A stretch of DNA of 64,000 nucleotides from Takakia lepidozioides (taxonomy: Eukaryota; Plantae; Bryophyta): NCBI GenBank assembly GCA_030704615.1, contig CM060734.1:31372001-31436000 (forward strand), in the 5' to 3' direction. The position numbers and the translations under genes were made by a program. How positions within the stretch are numbered: position 1 is the stretch's first letter; every line of letters begins with the position of its first letter. Under the pieces are notes generated by a model. It was not told the DNA's origin and did no database searches. It saw only the letters and a list, made by a program, of their open reading frames with translations. Below, piece after piece: positions 11,791-23,089 of the stretch.

Positions 11791-13867
11791 TGGGATTTTC
11801 TGCTGTCGAGGTGGTCGACATAGAAACCCTGACGCCGGCGTCGCACAGTCCCGCGAGCGCCGGGCCATGTGCGTCGTTAACCCCCCTTATTGCAGTAGTG
11901 CTGGCAGACTTGTACAGCAGAGATGGCGACCAAAAACCATCTTATTCCAAAGTGAAGTAGAGGCTCGGGTGAGAAACTGGGGGGAAGAGCATGCCATGAC
12001 GCAGACTCCGTGCATATCCCGGCTTGATCCCGGTGGGTGTAGCAGCAGAACACCATAACGAAGTTCGCAAGTAAATAATGTGGCCTTACGAGGGAATAAC
12101 AAGATAAAACTGCTATAAGTAAACTGAGAGACCAGCATACAGTGGCTGAGATGAAGCGTCGTAAGGTCAGGCTTGTCGGGCTTCAAGCTTTTGGTGGAGC
12201 ACAGCGTGCGGGGGGAGGAGGACATACCAAGTGTGTAGTAGTGATCGCCGGGAGCGCCTGGCTGGTTTCTTCACCATAAAAAAATAGGCCCCGGGCGGAG
12301 GCCCGGCATGTGTCGACTTCCCAGGGAACGGTGGCTTCCATGCATACAAGGGCTGCTTGGGCGCACTTCGGCGGTGTCTGCATCTGCGTAGAGCACCAAT
12401 GGGTGCTGGTGGTGGTCACATGCTCCATGGAAGGAGATTCGGCCAGTAAAGATCGCTCCGAAAACATCAAAAGAAAGCTTAAAAGAAACACGATAAAGCC
12501 GTAGTAAAGATAAAAGATAGAGCAGGGGAGGGAGGGAGGTGAGGTCCTCGCAACAGCAGGGAAGGGCGACAGAGAAACCATGGCCACGGCTAAGAGATGA
12601 ACCCAGGGTAAAATAGCGGGTCCGCTAGGAGGAGGGCGAAATAACAAAAGGAATGGCACTAAGATAGCGGAAACCTAGAAGTTCTAGATTAGAGGACAAA
12701 GTAGCGGGGAAAAGCGCGGGGGTGGTGGAGGACAGCTCCAGTGGCTTTGAGTGACCCCTTCTGCAAAAACGTACCCCATGCATAAAATGCATAAAATTTT
12801 GTCGATTTTAGCATCGCTAACAAGCAGCCTGAGAATGTACTTGTTAATTGCTTCCCAGACCGTTGGTGAAAATGATAGATGAAGCCTCTTCCAAAAATAT
12901 TTGATGGCGTCAAACAGACACGGTTTTTGAGCTCTGCACTACCATATAGTGCATACATTTCTTTTCCTTCCCCTCTTCCATATCATGCGCCGTGACATTA
13001 TGACTAAAAAAACTTGAAATGCGGTTGTCCATAATCTTTTAAACAATATCCTAACATCCCTTTCCATGTATGTAACCGAGCTCGCCATTATTTTTTACCC
13101 GTAACAGTATGTCCCAACGGTGGACATGTCACACCAGCGAAAGAGACCTGCTTCGGTGGACACCGGCAGTATCGCTTATTGTTGCATGAAACTATGCATA
13201 GTTGTTTCATGCTCCCAATGGTCTCCAACTGTTGCAATTGTGTTCTCAAGTGGGTGGCCTCTGTCCCCCAACCTTGAACTCCAACATGCATAAACCGATG
13301 TTATAGTGTGAGGGAGTCAAGCCGCATCAATCAATACCAACATACCCAAATACCCTTACAATCACTATATGAACTTTCAAGCAGCCACCAGGGGATTGGA
13401 TCTGGGTGGGTTAAGGCTAGCTTTTGACGATATTCATGCAAGTTCGTCAAGGGCTCCATCCAAAGCCACACAACAAGAAACAAACAAAAATGTGCAAATT
13501 TAAGATGCTGAACAAACTTGTGCACAGGGCTGCCCCTCTAATCAAGCTCATCAAAATTCGTATTCACTTCCATCTTCAAGCTTTGGAGAAGCTCCACCAC
13601 CCAAACCCAGAATTAGGACAACACTCTGATCTCAATCCACTGTCACCAAAGGCAGTCCAATATCACCCCTTCAGTCAAGTGCAATTATGGGCTGACTTCC
13701 CACCTATGCTGAGTAGACGCCACAATCATTTCCCGTGGATGTGCCACAGGAAATGCACTCAACAATACATCATGGTCAATACTCTCAGGAAATGGTGGAT
13801 GATCTGAGTAGCTACACAGATCAATGAATGAAGCAAGACACTCGCATCTTTCCAAGAAAACATCCTT

Positions 13868-16800
13868 TCACCAGTAATCCCCACAAGAACAAATCCCATC
13901 TTCAAAGTGGTGAAAGCGGTTAGCGTCCCGTACAACAATTGCTCGCCCAACAATCTTTGAGATGAATTTGGTGGAGGTGTGGCAGTCACCACACACTCGA
14001 AGATTCTTGATGAGACGGAGAGGCGTCCTAGGGGTCGTGCTGATCAGCCCAAAACCAATGGCCAGCTTCTCACTGTGGTGGCAAAGAGAAAATTCCTTTT
14101 CCTCCTCCCCCACATCATGCAATACAAAGCGCGTGTCAGGCACATACCCCGCCTCCTTCATCTGCCCAGACAATCTTCTCAGCTCAGCATGGATTTCCTT
14201 AATTCTGGGATGCAACTTGTCATCTACAACGAAGGTGTGCACCCTGTTGCCAACCTCAATGCAGCAGCGACCTGGCTCCTTTCTAACCCCTCTGACCTTC
14301 ATCATTCTTCTCACCTTTGCAGTATCATCCCACCTGCCAGCTGCAGCATAGATGTTTGAGAGCAACACATAAGTCGCGGCATCCTGTTCATCCCACGTGA
14401 GGATAGATGTTGCCGCACGTTCAGCCATCTCCACATTGCCATGGATTCTGCAGGCACCAAGCAAGGCCTTCCACACCACAGCATCTGGATTGATTGGCAT
14501 TTTATTAATCAGGTCCACTGCCTCATCCAGTTGTCCCGCGCGTCCAAGAAGGTCCACCATGCAGCCAAAGTGCTTTACTGTTGGAGTGACACCATGATCT
14601 TGACTCAGGGAATCAAAGTAGCGTCTTCCTTCATTCAGTAGGCCAGCGTGGCTGCATGCAGAGAGAACACATATAAAGGTGATACTGTCCGGCTTCAAGC
14701 CGTTCTTTTGCATTCCTTCAAATAGTTGCACGACCTCCCTATGACAACCATGCTGTGCATATCCTGCGATCATCGCACTCCACGACACCACATTACGTTC
14801 AGCCATATTGTCGAACACTCCCTTTGCATCCTCGATGCACCCACATTTGGCATACATGTCCACCAGGGTATTGTTCAGAATCACATCTGGTACAATTCCA
14901 GCTCTGACGATGTCGCCATGCACCTCTTTGCCCTTTTCCAGGGCTGCCAAGCTTGCACACGCGCTGCAAACGCACACAAACGTGATGTGGTCGGGCTTCA
15001 ACCCTTCCCCCATCATTTGCTCATACGTCTCCAAAGCCTCCATCCCGCACCCCTGCTGTGCATACCCTGCGATCATCGCGTTCCACGACACCACATTTCG
15101 TTCAGCCATATTGTCGAACACTCCCTTTGCATCCACGATGCTCCCACATTTGGCATACATGTGCACCAGGGCAGTGTTCAGGATCACATCCGGTACAATT
15201 CCAGCTCTGACGATGTCGCCATGCACCTCTTTGCCCTTTTCCAGGGCTGCCAGGCTTGCACACGCACTGCAAACGCACACAAACGTGACGTGGTCAGGCT
15301 TCACCCCTTCCCCCATCATTTGCTCATACATCTCCAAAGCCTCCATCCCGCGCCCCTGCTGTGCATACCCTGCGATCATCGCGTTCCACGACACCACATC
15401 TCGTTCAGCCATATTGTCGAACACTCCCTTTGCATCCTCGATGCTCCCACATTTTGCATACATGTCCACCAGGGCAGTGTTCAGGATCACATCGGGTACA
15501 ATTCCAGCTCTGACGATGTCGCCATGCACCTCTTTGCCCTTTCCCAGGGCTGCCAGGCTTGCACACGCACTGCAAACGCACACAAACGTGATGTGGTCGG
15601 GCTTCACCCCTTCCCCCATCATTTGCTCATACATCTCCAAAGCCTCCATCCCGCGCCCCTGCTGTGCATACCCTGCGATCATCGCGTTCCACGACACCAC
15701 ATCTCGTTCAGCCATATTGTCGAACACTCCCTTTGCATCCTCGATGCTCCCACATTTGGCATACATGTCCACCAGGGTATTGTTCAGAATCACATCTGGT
15801 ACAATTCCAGCTCTGACGATGTCGCCATACACCTCTTTGCCCTTTTCCAGGGCCGCCAGGCTTGCACACGCACTGCAAACGCACACAAACGTGATGTGGT
15901 CGGGCTTCACCCCTTCCCCCGTCATTTGCTCATACGTCTCCAAAGCCTCCATCTTGCGCCCCTGCTGTGCATACCCTGCGATCATCGTGTTCCACGACAC
16001 CACATTTCGTTCAGCCATACTGTTGAACACTCCCTTTGCATCCTCGATGCTCCCACATTTGGCATACATGTCCACCAGGGCAGTGTTCAGGATCACATCT
16101 GGTACAATTCCAGCTCTGACGATGTCGCCGTGCACCTCTTTGCCCTTTTCCAAGGCTGCCAGTCTTGCACACGCACTGCAAACGCACACAAACGTGATGT
16201 GGTTGGGCTTCACCCCTTCACACATCATTTGCTCATACATCTCCAAAGCCTCCATCCCGCGCCCCTGCTGTGCATATCCTGCAAGCATCGCGCTCCATGA
16301 CACCACATTTCGTTCAGCCATATTGTTGAACACTCCCTTTGCATCCTCGATGCTCCCACATTTGGCATACATGTCCACCAGGGCAGTGTTCAGGATCACA
16401 TCCGGTACAATTCCAGCTCTGACGATGTCGCCATGCACCTCTTTGCCCTTTTCCAGGGCTGCCAGGCTTGCACACGCACTGCAAACGCACACAAACGTGA
16501 TGTGGTCGGGCTTCACCCCTTCCCCCATCATTTGCTCATACGTCTCCAAAGCATTCCTACCACACCCATGCTTGGTAAATCCTGCCAACATTATATTCCA
16601 CGTGATCAAAGATCGTTGAGGCATTCCGTTGAACACTTGGTGAGCATCCATGATGCTCCCGCACTTAACATACATGTTGACAAGGGTGTTGAGTAGAAAA
16701 ACATTTGGCGTGAATCCACTTTGGATAATGTGAGTGTGCACCTGCTTTCCAGCTTCCAGGCCTTTCACCTTGATGCACTTATGCAAGAGACAGACATACG

Positions 16801-18504
16801 TTTCTGAATCTGCTGAAATGCCTCCTTGGTTTAAAGTCTGTAGAGCCTCTTTCAGTCTGCCTGCCTCACAAAGCATCTTCACATGCCCAGAAGTGACAGA
16901 AGAGGCATTGTGGACTCCCTCTTTTGATCCTCTTCCAGAAGCTGTGGTCATGGTTGAGGTGCCTGATTTTATCAACTGTGCTGCTGCCTTTAGTTGATCA
17001 TCTATCCATGCAGGTTTCTTGTAGCTATTGATCCACAGGGAATCATAGGTAATCTTGTGCTTGAAATCTGGCCCTCTTGGATGAATCTGTTCCCACACTC
17101 TACCCCTGCTCCTTCAGCTATCCATGCCTCTGCACAAATCATGCATGCATCCTTGCCTTGCTGCTAGCAGCTGACAATGACAGCCTAGATTTGTTCTAGG
17201 AAACACCCAACTCAGCTTATCACACTAGTTCCTGTGCGGAATTGCGTCTGCTACTCTCTGTAATCTAACAGGCATTCACCTTTTGGCCTCGGTTGTCCCA
17301 CCATTGACTGGGGTCAGAAAAGTATTCATTCCACAGCTTCTCCTCATCTCTGTTACCTGTTTTTCGATACTTTCCTGTTGTCACATTGGCAGTATCATGT
17401 CAAAGTCACTCCAAACTAGATTCACTCAACCAGCTAACTTGCAGAATTCAAAATGGAAATTTAGGGCCGGTTCTGATAAGAGGGAAAAACAGGGTGAAAT
17501 GTGTTGAAGAAGGTGCCTTCAATAGCAGTGCCTGATTTTATCAATTGTGCCGCTGCTGCTGCGGCTTCCAGCTGACCATCTACCCATGCAGGTTTCTTGT
17601 AGCTATCCTTCCACAGGGAATCATAGGTAATCTGGAGCTTGAAATCCGGCCCTCTTGGATGAATCTGGACCCACACTCCATCCCAGCTCCTTCAGCTATC
17701 CATGCCTCTGCACAAATCATGCATACATCCTTGCCTTGATGCTAGCAACTGACAATGACAGCCTAGAATTCTTCCAGCAAACACCCCAACCATACTTGTC
17801 ACACTAGTTCCTATGCTGACTTGCGTCTGCTTCCAACAGGCATTCACCTTTTGGCCTCGGTTGTCCCACCATTGACTGGGGTCGCAAAAGTGTTCATTCC
17901 AAAGCTTCTCCTCATCTCTGTTATCTGTTTTTGGATACTTTCCTGCTGCCAAATCGGCAGTAACTTGTCAAAGTCATTCCAAACCACCACAGATCCACTG
18001 CAACATATGGCAAATGAAAGGCTACAACTTGGATGCAGACACCATATTCAATATGCAAATTCAGGGCCGAGTCTGATGAGAGGGCAAAACAGGCTGAAAT
18101 AGGTCGCAGAAGAAGGTGCCTCACCACATTGTCCTTGACCTTGTGTCATGACCCATGGAGGATTTGACCGACCATCAACCCAAAAGGACCTCTTGTGTGT
18201 GCTGCTTGTGTCTGTAGTCAGGTAATGTCGGATTGGTCTGAGAACCCACCACGGTGCAGCTGAGCAGGCAGAGATTGAAACACGGCCCGCTAAGACCAAG
18301 CTGACTCTCCCAATAACCTTGTGAACATCAGGAAGAATACCAAATCATGGTACTAACAGGAGCCAAGAGCCCACATTTGCCGGATGGACAAACTTCTTCA
18401 CATCGTACATTAAGAAAAAGCCGCACCTTGCGATTGCGGTTGCTACTACGGTTGTCCCACCATCGTGAAGGATCTTTAAGAAACTCATGCCAGCTCTGCT
18501 CCAT
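13868..18504 (-). CDS. PLS-E1-E2-DYW PPR protein (C-to-U editing-type deaminase) with N-terminal tandem OSB-type PDF ssDNA-binding motifs; 5' end uncertain or damaged
   Basis: Hand-spliced exons: 18504-18427, 18237-18125 (1-nt frameshift at ~18183), 17942-17848, 17664-17532 (or -17517; GC donor), 17374-17280 and 17086-13868. The terminal exon is intact, with PLS repeats, PG box (KEPGRCCIEV), HSEKLA, CGDCH and CSCGDYW-stop. The upstream exons give WWDNR..K|.P..PDF/Y.HK...LW...P.W three times. Confidence 0.85.
14792..16609 (-). repeat. Six tandem 303-bp (101-aa) near-identical P-L-S PPR triplets
   Basis: Exact periodicity of 303 bp: P motif LITWN starts at 16609 and the P2 motif VVSWS starts at 14791 (6 x 303 = 1818). 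Confidence 0.95.
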
Positions 18505-19046
18505 GCTCCAAGGTAGAGGTTTGTGCTCGAAAATCCGACAGCATCAACATTTTGACAAGGTCCTTTACTGAGGGGTGCTAGTGAGCATTCAACACCATTC
18601 ATGCAAGTTGTTTTGGGCTCCATTGGGCTCTACCCGATGAGGAACAACAAACATGTCAAGACTTACACAGATGCTAAGCCAGCTATGTTTGCGTCTGGAG
18701 ATTGTGGAGTAGCCAGAGTCTTTTACCCTGGGTCTTGGCATTTAAGTTTTTCTGTATGTACGTACCCCAACTCCCCAAGTCCTTCAAAAAATAAAATCAG
18801 CCAAAGCCGGTGAACAAGGTCATCAACTGTCCAAAAGGTGGCTATTGCATGTGGGGCCCATTTTGCGGCTGGATGCAAGCGCTAACCGCTAGGAGCCATC
18901 AGAACGGCACGACGACGAACCGTGGTCCATGCAGGGCCCCTGACCACTGCCACCTTGGAAGAGCACAATAATATCCTTGTTGAAAGTTCGGTAAAAGCAC
19001 ACGTTTCTTGAGCAGAGTTTGGAGTTCGTTGTTCCTCACCGTGTAG

Positions 19047-21731
19047 AGCCCAATGGAGCCCAACACAACTTGCATGAATGTTAGCTCACTAGCACCCCTC
19101 AGTAAAGGACCTTGTCAAAATGTTGATGCTGTCGGATTTTCGAGCACAAACCTCTACCTTGGAGCACGGAGCAGAGCTGGCATGAGTTTTATAAAGATCT
19201 TCACGATGGTGGGACAACCGCAATCGCAACCGCAATCGCAAGGTGTGGCTTTTTTCTTAATGTACGATGTGAAGAAGTTTGTCCATCCTGCAAATGTGGG
19301 CTCTTGGCTCCTGTTAGTACCATGATTTGGTATTCTTCCTGATGTTTACAAGGTTCTTGGGAGAGGCAGGTCTTGGCAGGCCCTGTTTCAATCTCTGCCC
19401 GCTCAGCTGCACCGTGGTGGTTCTCACCGACCAATCCGACATACCTGACTACAGCCACAAGCAGCACACACAAGAGGTCCTTTGGGTTGATGGTCGGTCA
19501 AATCCTCCATGGGTCATGACACAAGGTCAAGGACAATGTGGTGAGGGCACCTTCTTCTTCGACCTATTTCAGCCTGTTTTGCCCTCTCATCAGACTCGGC
19601 CCTGAATTTGCATATTGAATATGGTGTCTGCAAGTCGTAGCCTTGCATTTGCCATATGTTGCAGTGGATCTGTGGTGGTCTGGAATGACTTTGACAAGTT
19701 ACTGCCGATTTGGCAGCAGGAAAGTATCCAAAAACAGATAACAGAGATGAGGAGAAGCTTTGGAATGAATACTTTTGCGACCCCAGTCAATGGTGGGACA
19801 ACCGAGGCCAAAAGGTGAATGCATGTTGGAAGCAGACGCAAGTCAGCATAGGAACTAGTGTGATAAGTATGGTTGGGGTGTTTGCTGGAAGAATTCTAGG
19901 CTGTCATTGTCAGTTGCTAGCAGCAAGGCAAGGATGTATGCATGATTTGTGAAGGAGCAGGGATGGAGTGTGGGTCCAGATTCATCCAACAGGGCCGGAT
20001 CTCAAGCTCCAGATTATCTATGATTCCCTGTGGAAGGATAGCTACAAGAAACCTGCATGGATAGATGGTCAACTGGAAGCCGCAGCAGCATCGGCATAGT
20101 TGATAAAATCAGGCACTGCTAATGAAGGCACCTTCTTCAACACATTTCACCCTGTTTTTCCCTCTTATCAGAACCGGCCCTAAATTTCCATGTTGAATTC
20201 TGCAAGTTAGCTGGTTGAGTGAATCTAGTTTGGAGTGACTTTGACATGATACTGCCAATGTGACAACAGGAAAGTATCCAGAAACAGGTAACAGAGATGA
20301 GGAGAAGCTGTGGAATGCATACTTTTCTGACCCCAGTCAATGGTGGGACAACCGAGGCCAAAAGGCGAATGCCTGTTAGATTACAGAGAGTAGCAGATGC
20401 AATTGAGCACAGGAACTAGTGTGATAAGTTGAGTTGGGTGTTTCCTAGAACAAATCTAGGCTGTCATTGGCAGCTGCTAGCAGCAAGGCAAGTGTTCAAC
20501 AGTATGGCTGAACGAAATGTGGTGTCGTGGAACGCGATGATCGCAGGGTATGCACAGCAGGGGTGCGGGATGGAGGCTTTGGAGACGTATGAGCAAATGA
20601 TGGGGGAAGGGGTGAAGCCCGACCACATTACATTTGTGTGCGTTTGCAGTGCGTGTGCAAGCCTGGCAGCCCTGGAAAAGGGCAAAGAGGTGCATGGCGA
20701 CATCGTCAGAGCTGGAATTGTACCAGATGTGATCCTGAACACTGCCCTGGTGGACATGTATGCCAAATGTGGGAGCATCGAGGATGCAAAGGGAGTGTTC
20801 GACAATATGGCTGAACCTAATGTGGTGTCGTGGAGTGCGATGATCGCAGGATATGCACAGCATGATTGTCATAGGGAGGTCGTGCAACTATGTGAAGGAA
20901 TGCAAAAGAATGGCTTGAAGCCGGACAGTATCACCTTTATATGTGTTCTCTCTGCATGCAGCCATGCTGGCCTACTGAATGAAGGAAGACGCTACTTTGA
21001 TTCCCTGAGTCAAGATCATGGTGTCACTCCAACAGTAAAGCACTTTGGCTGCATGGTGGACCTTCTTGGACGTGCGGGACAACTGGATGAGGCAGTGGAC
21101 CTGATTAATAAAATGCCAATCAATCCAGATGCTGTGGTGTGGAAGGCCTTGCTTGGTGCCTGCAGAATCCATGGCAATGTGGAGATGGCTGAACGTGCGG
21201 CAACATCTATCCTCACGTGGGATGAACAGGATGCCGCGACTTATGTGTTGCTCTCAAACATCTGTGCTGCAGCTGGCAGGTGGGATGATACTGCAAAGGT
21301 GAGAAGAATGATGAAGGTCAGAGGGGTTAGAAAGGAGCCAGGTCGCTGCTGCATTGAGGTTGGCAACAGGGTGCACACCTTCGTTGTAGATGACAAGTTG
21401 CATCCCAGAATTAAGGAAATCCATGCTGAGCTGAGAAGATTGTCTGGGCAGATGAAGGAGGCGGGGTATGTGCCTGACACGCGCTTTGTATTGCATGATG
21501 GGGGGGAGGAGGAAAAGGAATTTTCTCTTTGCCACCACAGTGAGAAGCTGGCCATTGGTTTTGGGCTGATCAGCACGACCCCTAGGACGCCTCTCCGTCT
21601 CATCAAGAATCTTCGAGTGTGTGGTGACTGCCACATCTCCACCAAATTCATCTCAAAGATTGTTGGGCGAGCAATTGTAACCGTTTTCACCACTTTGAAG
21701 ATGGGATTTGTTCTTGTGGGGATTACTGGTG
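19047..21731 (+). pseudogene. Inverted sister copy of the PDF-PPR-DYW gene, pseudogenised
   Basis: Same PDF exons with damaged splice sites and indels. A deletion at ~20491 joins the last intron to the PPR array, and only one full PLS triplet remains. A 13-bp deletion at ~21678 frameshifts away RDANRFHHF...CSCGDYW. Confidence 0.9.
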
Positions 21732-23089
21732 AAAGGATGTTTTCTTGGAAAGATGCGAGTGTCTTGCTTCATTCATTGATCTGTGTAGCTACTCAGATCA
21801 TCCACCATTTCCTGAGAGTATTGACCATGCTGTACTGTTGAGTGCATTTCCTGTGGCATATCCACGGGAAATGATAGTGGGGTCTACCCGGCATAGGTGG
21901 GAAGTCAGCCCATAATTGCACTTGACTGAAGGGGTGATATTGGACTGACTTTGGTGACAGTGGATGGAGATCAGAGTGCTGTCCTAATTCTGGGTTTGGG
22001 TGGTGGAGCTTCTCCAAAGCTTGAAGATGGAAGGGAATACGAATTTTGATGAGCTTGATTAGAGGGGCAGCCCTGTGCACAAGTTTGTTCAGCATCTTAA
22101 ATTTGCACATGTTTGTTTGTTTCTTGTTGTGTGGCTTTGGATGGAGCCCTTGACAAACTTGCATGAATGCAGCACAAAAACAATGAATATTGATGAAGAT
22201 GAAATAGGTAATAACCAGTGTTGTACCAATATTAAAATTTGGGCATACCACACTAGTACTGGTATTATGGACTAAATTTGAGACATGGCAGGTCCTGGTA
22301 TTACATTAAGAAAATTTAGATACTGGGCTGGTATAAATAAAAGGAAGTGAGTAGTTTTGTTTGATCTGGTATAATATAGAGTAGTTGGTTGGGTGATACC
22401 AGCTGTACATATATCCGGGTCTGGTATTAGATAAGATCCTAGCAAACCTTAAGATAATAAGAGCAAATTTGTTGTAACAAAATTCCTGAATAAATATTTA
22501 AATCAAAGAAGTATTTTCTTGAAGTCACCTAAATACAAGTGCCTCAAAATGCCTGCATTTCCAACCAAGTTGAACTTCTAGTACCAAGAGAAGATGAAAT
22601 CAACACCAGAATCATAGCATTGAATGCGCAGCTATGGAAACGTCCAGTGCCACCCTAAAATTTACAGCCACTACACTCAACATTGAAGAGGCGCCACACC
22701 AGTGGGGGAGTACTGGTATCTACAAGGTATGACATTAATGAATACCATACTGGTATGGTAGAAGCCAGGGTATTAATTTGGGACTTATTGGGGGCAACTT
22801 GTTCATAATCAGGGTATTGCTCTTGGTTGATATCAGACTGGTAGGGTCCTTAATACCATTGCATATACCTGTGCACATACCAGGCAATACCCTATATACC
22901 GGTACAACACCGGTAATAACATCCCCCAATCTCATATCAGAGAGGACAGTGAAAGAAGGAATGTTCTTCAGTTTCAATTTCCCTCCCCTCATCTCTAGCA
23001 CAAGCAGTTTCTCACCTACCACTCTGTATCAGCAAACTATGGGAGCCCACCCTGAACCTTCTCGGTGCCCTTAGAAGAGAGTGAGATAG

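Larger units (their letters stand above)
13432..22168. repeat. Large inverted duplication: left arm 13432-~18652, spacer ~370 bp, right arm ~19024-22168
   Basis: Reverse-complement identity runs through exons, introns and ~430 bp of 3' flank. Mirrored ORFs appear in the track (e.g. 18345-18623 vs 19053-19325; 13979-14359 vs 21254-21634). Confidence 0.95.

Noticed and set aside
11860-13400. Several 60-160-aa ORFs
   Set aside because: No motifs or consistent exon structure; probably decayed repeat DNA.
13868-14300. Reverse (U-to-C) editing KPAxA/KP-type DYW variant
   Set aside because: The PG box, HSEKLA and the terminal DYW are canonical for the C-to-U type.
14726-16619. Long plus-strand ORFs (524 and 603 aa) antisense to the PPR gene
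   Set aside because: One stop-free 303-bp unit repeated six times keeps the antisense frames open, and there is no independent domain signal.
17087-17098. GTG start (MWEQ) of the 1076-aa ORF
   Set aside because: These codons are the end of an intron (GGAACAG acceptor). The exon begins at 17086 in the middle of a PDF motif.
20429-21841. 470-aa ORF as an intact PPR gene
   Set aside because: Its N-terminus is intron-derived through a deletion junction, and the DYW C-terminus is frameshifted.
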